A stretch of DNA of 64,000 bases from an uncultured Planctomycetales bacterium (GCA_964464475.1 CAYXGG010000007.1:5305-69304), one strand, 5' to 3'. Numbered from the stretch's first letter, positions 18,118 through 27,882 are shown. Translations and numbers: made by a program. The notes: generated by a model from the letters alone, not told the origin.

Positions 18118-18727
18118 CGGCTCCCCGTTCCATTTCTAAAATCACTCGGTGAACTTGTCCAACACAATAATTCATGGCCAAGTAAGCCGGGATCGCGACG
18201 GTCAATCCGGCGACGGTTGTGATTAGGGCTTGCCAGATGCCTCCAGCCAAATCTCCGGTAGTTGTGGGCGTTAGCGTTGCCGCCTTAACCTGCAGTGCGT
18301 GGAAAGCGTTCATGAGACCTATGACAGTACCCAATAAACCCAACAGCGGCGCCACGTGAGCTAGCGACGCCAACAAGCCTAGCCTCGCCTCCAATTTTGG
18401 GATTTCTTGCAGGCTTATATTTTCCATCGCTTCTTTGATGGCGTCATTGGAAATGCCAGATTTTAATATGCCTGCTTGAAGTATTTTTGAGATGGGCGAA
18501 TGGTTCTGGTCGCAGAGCGTAATGGCTTCTTTAATTTTATTATTACGCAATAATTCGAACAGTTCTTTTCTGAAATTAGGAATATGTGTTGAAATCGAAG
18601 CGAGATACCATATTTTTTCAATCACGATGGCTGTCGCTATGAGTGAACACAGCAAGATGGGAACCATGATGGGGCCTCCCGACGTTAATAAGTCCCATCC
18701 GCTCATTCCCCAAGTACTGTTCATCAT
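18032..18727 (-). CDS. exbB: MotA/TolQ/ExbB proton-channel family protein
   Basis: 231 aa with three TM segments and the conserved C-terminal TM2/TM3 region (GLLGTVIGLMNAF). Confidence 0.85.
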   Translation of the reverse strand: MMNSTWGMSGWDLLTSGGPIMVPILLCSLIATAIVIEKIWYLASISTHIPNFRKELFELLRNNKIKEAITLCDQNHSPISKILQAGILKSGISNDAIKEAMENISLQEIPKLEARLGLLASLAHVAPLLGLLGTVIGLMNAFHALQVKAATLTPTTTGDLAGGIWQALITTVAGLTVAIPAYLAMNYCVGQVHRVILEMERGAGELLQFFSQLNATDAAHKLKNGEEAVEI

Positions 18728-18753
18728 GCTGTGTCTCCTTTGGAAAAAAAGGC

Positions 18754-21258
18754 TTAGTGACCGTTTGCCTTGATTGTCTCAATGCGTTCCTGGGCGTATT
18801 TGCTTTCGTCCTGACCGAACGTAATGATTTTTTGGTAAGTCGTTTTGGCGTTTTCCCAGTCTTCCTGGTCCTCAAATAATTTGGCAATGCGTAAGTAGGC
18901 TTTAATACTCCAGTCCGCTTCTCGTGGGTAAAGATAAGGAATGCGCAAGTATTGCTCAACGGCCTCTTTAATTTTGTTGGCCTGCTCATGCGCGTCCGCG
19001 TAGTAGAATTGAAGTTCGGCGTTATTTAATTCCGAAAGCCCTTGCGGCGCTTGTAATGATTTCTGGAGGGCGTTTAAGGCCGGTTCATATTCCTGATTCT
19101 TAAGATAAGCCTGGGCAATTTTTAAATAAGCGTCCCGTTGCATTTCCGGAGAATTGGCTGCGATGCTTTCGTAGGTTTGAATCGCTGTCGCAGAATCTAG
19201 TTCTCGAGAAAAAATTTCAGCAATAGCTAGTTTGGCTTTGGCATAAAGTTCTTTGTCTCGGGGATCATCAATCAGCTTGTATTCATTTAACGCTTGATCA
19301 AGAATTCCCTGAGCTTGCAGGCCCTGTCCTATTTTATAGTGAATAAAAGGAATTTGCGCGTGATTAGGAAATTGACTGACGATTTTACGGTATTCTTCGA
19401 CTGCTTGGGGAAACTCGGAATTTTCTAAAGCATAGTCACCCAACCAGCTGAGCGCTTGAAAAGCAGTTTCGGTTTTGGTGTATTTAAACGCAATGATTCG
19501 GAATTTCTCGAGAGCTTCTTTGAGCTGGCCCTGTTTATGAAGAGACTTGGCTATGCCTAGTTCCGCTTGATGAAGAAGGCTGTCTTGGTCGGAATAAAGA
19601 TTAATAATTTTCTCGAAAGTTTTTTGGGCTCCCACAAAATCATCCGTATTGAACTGAGTCAACGCCAAAATATATTGTGCTTCCGGGCGAAAATCAGAGT
19701 TCTCGGGAGCTGCCTTAAGAAATTCGGAAATCAGTTCTTTGGCCCTTCCCCAATCATTTTTCTTAAAATTGACGACGGCCAGGTAATATTGGCTGTCAAT
19801 GAGGTACTTGCTTTTGGGAAAATTGGTTTCCAGACTTTGCAGCGAAATGGCCGCGGCATCCAGGCGGTTAAGTTTTAAGAGTGTAATGCCCTGACGATAT
19901 TGGATGTAATCAGAGTAAAGGCTATCGGGGAAGTTTTTGAGTATTTTATCGTAGGTGTTGAGCGCGTCATCCAGTTTGCCGGCATCCTGATAAGCGTCCC
20001 CGATTTGGGTTAAAGCGCTTAGTTTAACCGTTTTGTTAGAAGTTTTTTCAACAACAGATTGAAAATTGTTGATGGCGGAATCAATTTCTCCTTTTTTTAA
20101 ATACGTCCAACCGATCCCAAAGTAGGCTTTTTCTGTTAAGTCAACGAGGTCCTTCTGATTGCCAAAGCGCGTGAGAAAATCTTGATAGGTGGTGATGGCA
20201 CCGGGGTAATCTTTGAGTGCGTATTGGCTATTGGCTTTACCCAGGAAAGCTTCGGCTAATCGCGGACTCTGCGCGAAATTATTAATCAGTTTATCGTAGG
20301 CTGTAAAGGCCTGCTGGTGTTCTCCTAATTCAGAGAACAAACTTCCCTGTCCCAAGAGGATATCATCAGCGAGGATGTTTTTGTTGTCGGCCATCTCGAG
20401 GGCCTCGGCAAATACTTTTTTAGCTGGCTCAAACTCTTTGAGCTTAAGATGACTCCATCCGGTGCTTACTTTGGCCATCACGACTAGTTTCGCATCCGAA
20501 GAAATCTCCGCTGCTTTTAAGTAATATTTGATCGCTTCAGCGTATTTGTCCTGGTAGTAGTTAGATTCGGCGATATAAAAATAGGCTTGGTCATGCCGGT
20601 TGGATTGCGGGTATTTGGCAACGAACTCGCCAAAAGTTTTGATCGACGCAGGGAACGCGCGATGATTATATTCAGACTCGCCTGTTTTGAAAAATGCGTC
20701 TTCGGCTAGCTGATGCAGGGGGAATTGTTTGGTTAGCAACACAAATTGTTCCCGAGCGAGGTCGAATTTTTTTTGTTCAAAATAAGTCCATCCAAGCGAA
20801 TAATGAGCTTGCGGAACGTAAGGAGAATTTGGATAGACGCTTAAGACCTGATTGTATTTCTTTTCAGCTTGTGCATAGTCGGAACCTTTTAAGTAGGTCT
20901 CTCCCAGCCAGAATTGAATCGCGTCTTGGAATTCGGATTCGTTTTGGACGGTCTGGAAAATTTCAAAGGCTTTAAGGTACTGGTTTTTAAAGAAATAACA
21001 TTGGCCCAGCAGTAGCTTAACGGGTACGCGTTTCTGGGATTGAGGGAATTTTTCTTGAAACTGTTCAATATAGCGTAAGGCGACATCATAAAACCCGTCG
21101 TCAAAAGCTCTCTGAGCGATAATGAACAGTTCTTTTTCTTCTTCGCTGGATGAAGAGGTCGCAGTTTCTTGGCCCCAAATAGGTGAAGACAAAAATATCC
21201 CGCAGAGTAAAACTATGGTCAAACAGATGGCGCGAGTTGAAAAACACATGGGCAACAT
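18754..21258 (-). CDS. Large periplasmic tetratricopeptide-repeat protein (about 830 aa, more than 15 TPR units) with signal peptide
   Basis: Start set at MLPMCFSTRAICLTIVLLCGIFLSSPIWGQ (cat at 21256-21258). The tracked ORF starts 9 codons upstream at a TTG. TPR-like units recur throughout (YSLGWTYFEQKKFDLA, AYFGIGWTYLKKGEID and others). Confidence 0.8.
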   Translation of the reverse strand: MLPMCFSTRAICLTIVLLCGIFLSSPIWGQETATSSSSEEEKELFIIAQRAFDDGFYDVALRYIEQFQEKFPQSQKRVPVKLLLGQCYFFKNQYLKAFEIFQTVQNESEFQDAIQFWLGETYLKGSDYAQAEKKYNQVLSVYPNSPYVPQAHYSLGWTYFEQKKFDLAREQFVLLTKQFPLHQLAEDAFFKTGESEYNHRAFPASIKTFGEFVAKYPQSNRHDQAYFYIAESNYYQDKYAEAIKYYLKAAEISSDAKLVVMAKVSTGWSHLKLKEFEPAKKVFAEALEMADNKNILADDILLGQGSLFSELGEHQQAFTAYDKLINNFAQSPRLAEAFLGKANSQYALKDYPGAITTYQDFLTRFGNQKDLVDLTEKAYFGIGWTYLKKGEIDSAINNFQSVVEKTSNKTVKLSALTQIGDAYQDAGKLDDALNTYDKILKNFPDSLYSDYIQYRQGITLLKLNRLDAAAISLQSLETNFPKSKYLIDSQYYLAVVNFKKNDWGRAKELISEFLKAAPENSDFRPEAQYILALTQFNTDDFVGAQKTFEKIINLYSDQDSLLHQAELGIAKSLHKQGQLKEALEKFRIIAFKYTKTETAFQALSWLGDYALENSEFPQAVEEYRKIVSQFPNHAQIPFIHYKIGQGLQAQGILDQALNEYKLIDDPRDKELYAKAKLAIAEIFSRELDSATAIQTYESIAANSPEMQRDAYLKIAQAYLKNQEYEPALNALQKSLQAPQGLSELNNAELQFYYADAHEQANKIKEAVEQYLRIPYLYPREADWSIKAYLRIAKLFEDQEDWENAKTTYQKIITFGQDESKYAQERIETIKANGH

Positions 21259-21297
21259 TATCCTTAAATTTGGGTGACAAGACAATATCTTTTTCTA

Positions 21298-21341
21298 ATC
21301 AATCTCAGTAAATTTTTTTAGCGTGAATTCTTGAGATTGAT
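21298..21341. other. AT-rich hairpin (10 bp stem ATCAATCTCA / TGAGATTGAT, 22 nt loop) between uvrA stop and TPR operon start
   Basis: Perfect inverted repeat, with a T-tract (ATTTTTTG, 21351-21358) on the plus-strand side. Confidence 0.3.
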
Positions 21342-21384
21342 GCCAGAGGAAATTTTTTGTTGGAGTAAATAGTCTTGAGGGCCA

Positions 21385-24177
21385 TTAAGCTCGCAGGAAA
21401 TCTTTTAGGTACGCGGCTGTATGGGACTGTTTATTTTTGATTAATTCTTCCGGGCTCCCCTGGAAAATTACCTCCCCGCCCTTGTCTCCTCCCTCCGGCC
21501 CCAAGTCAATGATGTAATCGGCGGTTTTGATGACATCCAGATTGTGTTCGATAACTAGGACCGTATTGCCTTTATCTACCAGTCTTTGCAAGACACTCAG
21601 CAGTTTGGCAACGTCAGCAAAGTGCAGTCCCGTGGTCGGCTCATCCAGAATATAAAGGGTTCGGCCGGTGGACGTTTTGCATAATTCGCTAGCCAGCTTG
21701 ACGCGTTGGGCCTCTCCACCGGAAAGGGTCGTAGCCGGTTGTCCTAAACGAATATAGCTGAGCCCCACGTCCTGGAGGGTTTGCAACACATTTCTGACTC
21801 TGGGAATGTTTTCGAAAATGTGCAGTGCTTCGGCCACGGACGAATTCAAGATTTCGGCAATGTTTTTGTCCTTAAAACGTATTTCTAGGGTTTGGTCATT
21901 AAAGCGTTTGCCATGGCAGATCTCGCATTCGACATAAACATCCGGTAAGAAATGCATCTCGATTTTTTTGATGCCGTCCCCTTCGCAGGCTTCGCAGCGT
22001 CCCCCTTTGACGTTAAAACTGAACCGTCCTGGTTTAAAGCCGCGCATCCGGGACTCGGGTGCTTGACTAAAGAGATCCCGAATGGGGCTGAATAATCCAG
22101 TATAGGTGGCAGGATTGGATCGCGGGGTGCGTCCAATCGGAGATTGGTCCACGACGATAACTTTATCTAGATGTTCTATGCCAGTGATTTTCTTGTGTTG
22201 ACCGGGGCGCTCTTTGGATTGATAAATTTTTTGGGCGAGGGATTTATAGAGAATATCTTCGATGAGGGTTGATTTTCCTGAACCGGAAACTCCAGTCACC
22301 GCAATAAACGTCCCCAGAGGAAGCTCAACATCGATATTTTTTAAATTATGTTCCTGGGCGCCGGTTATTTTTAGAGAAGGTCCATTTTTGATGGGGCGTC
22401 GCTTGGGCGGTTTGGGAATCAGCAGCTCGCCGCGCAAATATTGTCCCGTTAAAGACGGTTGGCACTTGAGTAATCCCGGGACATCTCCGGCGTAAATAAT
22501 TTCTCCGCCATATTCTCCGGCCCCGGGCCCTAAATCCACGACATAATCCGCCGCTCGGATGGTGGCTTCGTCATGTTCGACCACCACCAGCGTATTGCCT
22601 AAATTACGCAGTGAATGCAGGGTGTTTAGTAAGCGTTCATTGTCTCGTTGATGGAGACCAATGCTGGGTTCATCCAAAACATAGATAACGCCAACCAGAC
22701 CTGACCCAACCTGGGTCGCCAGTCGAATGCGTTCCGCTTCTCCCCCCGAGAGTGTGGCGCTTTTACGATCCAGGGTTAAATATTCCAACCCTACATCCAC
22801 ACAAAAATTGAGGCGGCGGTTGATCTCTTTTAAAATTTGTTCACTGATGGTTTGTTGATCTTTAGTAAGCGGCAGTTTAAGAAAGAAATTTTTGGCTTCC
22901 TTAATAGAAAAAGCCGTTAATTCCGCGATGCTGCGATCCGCCACTTTAATGGCCAGTGATTCTTTCTTGAGTCGAAGTCCTTGGCAGTCTGGGCAGGGCA
23001 AAACAGACATATATTGAGTCAGTTCGTCTTTAAGCCATTCGTTGTCGGTTTCTTTAAAAAGTCTTTCTAAATAACCCAAGACTCCCTCAAACGTTCGTCC
23101 CCAAATGACGTCGTTGGAACCATGCAAAATGAGGTGCTTGAGTTTTTTGTTTAATTGAGCGTAAGGAATTTCTTGGTCGATATTATATTTTCGGGCGATT
23201 TCGCGCAAAACGGCCTTGTAATAAAACATGAAGCTGCGTCGTCCGTGTGTCCACGGGACGATGGCCAGAATCCAGGATTTATCCGGATCGGGCACGATCA
23301 GTTCTGGATCAATTTCCATTTTGGTTCCTAGTCCGTTGCAAGCTGGGCAGGCGCCATAGGGTGAATTAAAAGAAAAAACGCGGGGTTCAATTTCCTGCAG
23401 ACTGATGCCGCAGTCAACACAGGCGTATTTTTCACTGTAAAGCTGATCCGGTTGTTGACCATTGAAGTCGATGAGTACAATGCCTTGACCCGTTTGGAGC
23501 GCGGTTTCTATGGAATCAGTCAAACGTTTTTTGATTTCTGGTTTGACGCTCAGACGGTCAACGACCACTTCAATGTTATGAATTTTGAATTTATCTAATT
23601 TTAGCTCCTGGGAAACTTCTTGAATTTTACCGTCAACCCGGATGCGAGCAAAGCCGGCTTTGGTTACTTGCTGGGGGATTTGGCGGTATTCACCTTTACG
23701 CCCGCGTACTAATGGCGCCAAAATATTGATGTTGGTTCCGGCGGGCAATTTAAGGATTTGTCCCACGATTTCCGGAGCGGTTTGGCGTTCGATTTTCTTG
23801 CCGCAGTTATAACACGTGGGCGTTCCCACGCGGGCAAAGAGTAAACGTAGATAATCGTAGATTTCCGTCTGAGTGGCAACGGTTGACCGCGGATTACGGC
23901 TGGTGGTTTTTTGTTCGATAGAAATAGTGGGAGATAGCCCTTCAATGTATTCGACATTGGGCTTTTGCATTTGGTCGAGAAATTGACGCGCGTAGGCCGA
24001 TAGACTTTCAACGTATCTGCGTTGTCCCTCTGCGTAAATGGTGTCAAAGGCCAGCGAGGATTTTCCTGAACCGCTCAGTCCGGTGATCACGATAAACTGA
24101 TTGCGAGGCAGATTCAGGCTAATATTTTTTAAATTATGTTCTTTGGCGCCGCGAATGACGATAGCTTGTTGATTCAT
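21385..24177 (-). CDS. uvrA: Excinuclease ABC subunit A
   Basis: 930 aa with two ABC ATPase modules ([24 protein letters not shown]). Zinc-finger Cys clusters are present and the [19 protein letters not shown]-terminus is colinear with UvrA. Confidence 0.95.
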   Translation of the reverse strand: MNQQAIVIRGAKEHNLKNISLNLPRNQFIVITGLSGSGKSSLAFDTIYAEGQRRYVESLSAYARQFLDQMQKPNVEYIEGLSPTISIEQKTTSRNPRSTVATQTEIYDYLRLLFARVGTPTCYNCGKKIERQTAPEIVGQILKLPAGTNINILAPLVRGRKGEYRQIPQQVTKAGFARIRVDGKIQEVSQELKLDKFKIHNIEVVVDRLSVKPEIKKRLTDSIETALQTGQGIVLIDFNGQQPDQLYSEKYACVDCGISLQEIEPRVFSFNSPYGACPACNGLGTKMEIDPELIVPDPDKSWILAIVPWTHGRRSFMFYYKAVLREIARKYNIDQEIPYAQLNKKLKHLILHGSNDVIWGRTFEGVLGYLERLFKETDNEWLKDELTQYMSVLPCPDCQGLRLKKESLAIKVADRSIAELTAFSIKEAKNFFLKLPLTKDQQTISEQILKEINRRLNFCVDVGLEYLTLDRKSATLSGGEAERIRLATQVGSGLVGVIYVLDEPSIGLHQRDNERLLNTLHSLRNLGNTLVVVEHDEATIRAADYVVDLGPGAGEYGGEIIYAGDVPGLLKCQPSLTGQYLRGELLIPKPPKRRPIKNGPSLKITGAQEHNLKNIDVELPLGTFIAVTGVSGSGKSTLIEDILYKSLAQKIYQSKERPGQHKKITGIEHLDKVIVVDQSPIGRTPRSNPATYTGLFSPIRDLFSQAPESRMRGFKPGRFSFNVKGGRCEACEGDGIKKIEMHFLPDVYVECEICHGKRFNDQTLEIRFKDKNIAEILNSSVAEALHIFENIPRVRNVLQTLQDVGLSYIRLGQPATTLSGGEAQRVKLASELCKTSTGRTLYILDEPTTGLHFADVAKLLSVLQRLVDKGNTVLVIEHNLDVIKTADYIIDLGPEGGDKGGEVIFQGSPEELIKNKQSHTAAYLKDFLRA

Positions 24178-24246
24178 GGTGATTTTTAAGGAATTTGTTG
24201 GGAATTTGTAAATAGATGAAATGGTGGCGCGGAGAGATTTTTTGAA

Positions 24247-24306
24247 GGGCGTTCCGACGGTTTAACTATCGATCCATAGACGTTTAGCGAAACCGTCGGG
24301 ACGCCC
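24247..24306 (-). other. GC-rich stem-loop (17 bp stem with 1 mismatch, 26 nt loop) between small basic protein gene and uvrA
   Basis: GGGCGTTCCGACGGTTT (24247-24263) pairs with AAACCGTCGGGACGCCC (24290-24306). No U-tract follows on the minus-strand transcript. Confidence 0.5.
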
Positions 24307-24324
24307 AACAAAGTTAACAACTGG

Positions 24325-24576
24325 TTACTTGCGTTTGGCCGCTTTCTTCTTTTTGCCACCGCGGACCATTTTCGCGCAGGAGATATCTCCCTGCTTATCG
24401 ATGAAATACAGGTAACCCGCCTGCTTCTTGACGCCGGCTTTGGCAACTTTCTTAGGGGCTCCCCCTTTTTTGCCACCACGCGACATCTTGGCGCAGGAAA
24501 CGTCACCCTGTTTATCAACGAAATACAGGTAACCTTTTTCCTTTTTGACTCCGACTTTTGCGACTTTTTGTGCCAT
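24325..24576 (-). CDS. Small lysine-rich protein made of two tandem ~37 aa repeats (KVAK.GVKK..GYLYF[VI]DKQGD[VI]SCAKM.RGGKK)
   Basis: 83 aa with pI well above 10. The two protein repeats are almost identical, and the underlying DNA is an imperfect ~111 bp tandem duplication. A strong GGGAGGGAGG SD lies upstream. Confidence 0.6.
   Translation of the reverse strand: MAQKVAKVGVKKEKGYLYFVDKQGDVSCAKMSRGGKKGGAPKKVAKAGVKKQAGYLYFIDKQGDISCAKMVRGGKKKKAAKRK
24340..24576. repeat. Imperfect ~111 bp tandem direct repeat (2 copies) inside the small basic protein gene
   Basis: For example ...cgcgcaggagatatctccctgcttatcgatgaaatacaggtaacc... against ...ggcgcaggaaacgtcaccctgtttatcaacgaaatacaggtaacc... Confidence 0.6.
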
Positions 24577-24608
24577 GTTCGTTCACCTCCCTCCCGGTTG
24601 CTACTGTT

Positions 24609-25433
24609 TTATGTTCCTATTTTGACTCCTTTAAGATGCTGTTTAAGCGTTTGGATTGCCGATAAGACTGCCAAGTAGCTGGTTTTAGGATTATCCGGGC
24701 AGACGACGTTATCCGTCAGGGTCACAATTCGGCCAAAATCGCCCACGACCTCTACTTCGTGTGAATTGGTTTTAGACGCGGGCGAAGCGATGATGCGGAT
24801 CCGCATTTTATGTTGGGCATTGGCGGCCAGCGCCAGCGAGGCAGCGACGTTGATGTTCTTAGGGAAATAATCCACCGCTTCCGCGACCTTACCGTCGTAA
24901 AGGACTGTTTCTTTGGTGATCTTTTTTAGATCAATGCCTTTGTGAGCGATGTAAGGACTATCGGCAAAACCTAAAGGAGGTTTCCGGGAGGTTAGAGTAA
25001 TTTTTTTAATATTAACGAGGCTGGCGGCCTTGATGGCGTCTAAGCCGGCTAAGGCCCCAGAAGGAATCAACAGATGACATTTATTTTTGTCAGCCAATTT
25101 AAAAAGATCGGGGGCGTTCAACAGTTGCCCTACGCTCATCACTAAGATACTTCGCTTGTGGGTTAAGACTTCACGGATGATGTCTCGAGTTTGACGTGAA
25201 GCCACACATTCCACGAGAAAATCTGATGACTTTATGATCTCTTTGAGCGAATTTTTATAAAGTTGTGGGCCGCCCAAGATTTTGGCGAGCCCTAATGATT
25301 TATCATCGTCAATATCGTACAAGCCCGAGACTACGGCCGCGTCATTGAATTCTTTCTGGATTGTTTTGGCAATCCGTGACCCGATGGCCCCACAGCCTAT
25401 AATTCCAATTTTGGTTTTTATTGAACTCTTCAT
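24609..25433 (-). CDS. nadX: L-aspartate dehydrogenase (NadX family)
   Basis: 274 aa with the IGIIGCGAIG Rossmann motif. It also has PSGALAGLD, FPKNINVAAS and DNPKTSYLAVLS motifs colinear with Thermotoga-type NadX. Confidence 0.7.
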   Translation of the reverse strand: MKSSIKTKIGIIGCGAIGSRIAKTIQKEFNDAAVVSGLYDIDDDKSLGLAKILGGPQLYKNSLKEIIKSSDFLVECVASRQTRDIIREVLTHKRSILVMSVGQLLNAPDLFKLADKNKCHLLIPSGALAGLDAIKAASLVNIKKITLTSRKPPLGFADSPYIAHKGIDLKKITKETVLYDGKVAEAVDYFPKNINVAASLALAANAQHKMRIRIIASPASKTNSHEVEVVGDFGRIVTLTDNVVCPDNPKTSYLAVLSAIQTLKQHLKGVKIGT

Positions 25434-26281
25434 GAACGAACCGTAACCTTCACGTTATCAATAAGGCGGGTTTTTCCTAGCCACAGGGCTACGGCGATCA
25501 GAATTTGACCTCGCAGCTGAGATAAGGGTTGCAACTGTTGAGCGTCAACACACTCAACATAATCGAATTTTGCGGGAAATGCTTGCGTGATCGTCTGACG
25601 AATAAACTGGTTAATTTTTTGCGTGTTGCGTTCCCCTTTGTCGATTAAAGCTTTGGCCGATTTTAAGGCTTGGTAAATCATCGGAGCTAGCTGTCGTTCT
25701 TGAAGAGTTAAATAGCTATTGCGAGAGCTTAGGGCTAACCCATCTTTTTCACGAATGGTGGGGAGAACTGAAATGTGCGTAGGAAAATTTAAATCCAATA
25801 CCATTTTTTTAAGTACCGCCACCTGCTGTGCGTCTTTTTGTCCCAGATACATTACGTCTGGTTGGACGATATTGAGGAGTTTCGCAACAACAGTAGCGAC
25901 TCCAGTGAAATGTCCTGGCCGAAAAGCGCCGCATAATGTTTGGCTTAATCGGCTAACGGCAACGCTGGTTAATATTTCCGTCGGGTACATTATTTTTTCC
26001 GACGGATAAAAGATTATATCAACATTTTCTTTTTTTGCCAATTTTTCATCTTTTTTGAAGTCGCGGGGGTAGCGACTAAAATCCTCGCTGGGGCCAAATT
26101 GGTGGGGGTTTACAAAGATACTTAGGACTACAACGGAGTTTTGTCGTCGAGCTTTGTGCAGTAAGGCCGCGTGCCCGGCATGCAAATAACCCATGGTAGG
26201 CACAAAGCCTATACTCGTTTTCTCCCGACGAATCTGTCGTAGAGCTTGTTGTAAAGGTTTGAGTGAGCGAAAAATCTTCAT
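25430..26281 (-). CDS. panC: Pantoate--beta-alanine ligase
   Basis: 283 aa with PTMGYLHAGH (HIGH-type motif). Overall PanC colinearity. Confidence 0.9.
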   Translation of the reverse strand: MKIFRSLKPLQQALRQIRREKTSIGFVPTMGYLHAGHAALLHKARRQNSVVVLSIFVNPHQFGPSEDFSRYPRDFKKDEKLAKKENVDIIFYPSEKIMYPTEILTSVAVSRLSQTLCGAFRPGHFTGVATVVAKLLNIVQPDVMYLGQKDAQQVAVLKKMVLDLNFPTHISVLPTIREKDGLALSSRNSYLTLQERQLAPMIYQALKSAKALIDKGERNTQKINQFIRQTITQAFPAKFDYVECVDAQQLQPLSQLRGQILIAVALWLGKTRLIDNVKVTVRS

Positions 26282-26700
26282 TGCTTGATTTGCGCGGCCC
26301 GCTTAGGCGCGATCTCTCTTAGCGGATTCATCACGAACTCACGGTCATGCATTCGAGGATGAGGAATAATTAAATTTGGTTCTTGAATGGTCTGGTGGTC
26401 ATACAAAAGGATATCGATATCAATCGTCCGTGGCCCGTTGGGGATGGTGCGGATGCGTCCTAAGTCTTGCTCGATGGTGCTTGTCGCGGATAATAACTCG
26501 CGGGGCGAGAGGTCTGTTTCCACTTGAATCACGCAATTAAGAAAATCACCTTGCGGTGGCCCGCCGACCGGATGGGTCTCGATCACAGACGATGTTTTAA
26601 GAATAACCATTCCTGCTTGACGAAGTTTTTCTGTCGCTCGGTGCAGGTATTCACCTCGGTTCCCGACGTTGGAACCTAATCCCAGATAAACTACCGCCAA
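26278..26700 (-). CDS. folK: 2-amino-4-hydroxy-6-hydroxymethyldihydropteridine pyrophosphokinase (HPPK), copy 1
   Basis: 140 aa with the YLGLGSNVGNR...IDIDILLY pattern typical of FolK. Confidence 0.8.
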   Translation of the reverse strand: MAVVYLGLGSNVGNRGEYLHRATEKLRQAGMVILKTSSVIETHPVGGPPQGDFLNCVIQVETDLSPRELLSATSTIEQDLGRIRTIPNGPRTIDIDILLYDHQTIQEPNLIIPHPRMHDREFVMNPLREIAPKRAAQIKQ

Positions 26701-26701
26701 A

Positions 26702-27868
26702 TTAGAGAACCTTTCTCAGCCTTTCGACCGCTTCATTAATGCGTTCTTTGGTGGTCGTGATGGTCATCCGGATATAGCCCTCTCCGTGCTCTCCGAAACC
26801 AATACCTGGAGTGGCGACAATGTTGGCTTCTTCTAATAACACCTTAGAGCAAGTCATGGAATCCGGGAACTTTCGTGGGATTTTGGCCCAGACGTAAAAG
26901 GTTGCTTTAGGCGGCGGGACTTTCCAGCCAACACTGCGCAGGCCATTAATTAAATAATCGCGTCTTTCTTGGTACATGGCGCGCAAATGGTCGCAGATTT
27001 TGGGGTCCATTTTGAGAGCCGCGATACCGGCGACTTGGATAGCTTGGAAGATACCGGAGTCGACGTTGGATTTGACTTTAGCTAAGGCCGCGATGAGTTT
27101 GGGGTTGCCACACGCCCAGGCGATTCGCCAGCCGGTCATAGAAAAGGTTTTAGAAAAGGAATGATATTCAATGACGACTTCTTTGGCCCCTTCAAATTCG
27201 AGCAAACTAGCGGGTTTTTCGTTATCAAAATACATTTCCGAATAGGCTAAATCTGAAACGAGAATAATACTTTTTTCTTTGCAGATGGCGACTAGCTCTT
27301 TGAGGTATTCTCGCGGAGCTACGGCCGCGGTGGGATTATTGGGATGATTAAAATACATCATTTTGATGTCTTTGGCTTCTTTGACTTTAGCCAGGTCCGG
27401 GAGAAATCCATTCTTTTCTTTCAGAGCGATTCTAACCAGTTTACCTCCCGCAAAAATAACGGCTCCTAAATAGCCCGGATAACATGGGTCAGGAACCAGT
27501 ACTTTTTCTTTGGGGTTAATGAGTCCCAGCGGTAAATGGGACAAGCCTTCTTTCGACCCAATAGTCGGATAGATCTCAGTCGCTGGATCGAGAGTGATAT
27601 GAAAGCGTTGTTGGCTCCACTCTGCGATCGCCTGGCGAAGTTCGGCCATGCCGGCATCCAGCGCATAATGATGATTTTTGGGGTCTTGCGCGGCATTCTT
27701 GAGCGCATCAATGATGGGTTGTGGCGTTCCGGTATCCGGATCGCCGATACCTAAATCAATAATGTCCCTTCCGGCGGCGCGTGCCGCGCGTTTGGCTTTA
27801 TCGATTTCAACAAATAGATACGGGGGGAGTTGTTTTAATCGATCAGAAAATTCAATCTCCAGAGACAT
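26702..27868 (-). CDS. dapL: LL-diaminopimelate aminotransferase (DapL-type class I aminotransferase)
   Basis: 388 aa. It has KQLPPYLF, IIDLGIGDPD, SFSKTFSMTGWRIAW (PLP lysine) and ATPGIGFGEHGEGYIRM motifs colinear with DapL. It sits directly upstream of dapB-dapA-dapF-lysA. Confidence 0.65.
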   Translation of the reverse strand: MSLEIEFSDRLKQLPPYLFVEIDKAKRAARAAGRDIIDLGIGDPDTGTPQPIIDALKNAAQDPKNHHYALDAGMAELRQAIAEWSQQRFHITLDPATEIYPTIGSKEGLSHLPLGLINPKEKVLVPDPCYPGYLGAVIFAGGKLVRIALKEKNGFLPDLAKVKEAKDIKMMYFNHPNNPTAAVAPREYLKELVAICKEKSIILVSDLAYSEMYFDNEKPASLLEFEGAKEVVIEYHSFSKTFSMTGWRIAWACGNPKLIAALAKVKSNVDSGIFQAIQVAGIAALKMDPKICDHLRAMYQERRDYLINGLRSVGWKVPPPKATFYVWAKIPRKFPDSMTCSKVLLEEANIVATPGIGFGEHGEGYIRMTITTTKERINEAVERLRKVL

Positions 27869-27882
27869 CCTTGCGTCCTTTC

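Noticed and set aside
24186-24518. 110 aa minus-strand ORF overlapping the small repeat protein and the uvrA upstream region
   Set aside because: It is an alternative frame of the tandem-repeat gene with Arg/Ser-rich low complexity. It has no SD, and the 83 aa frame has a strong SD and a clean repeat structure.
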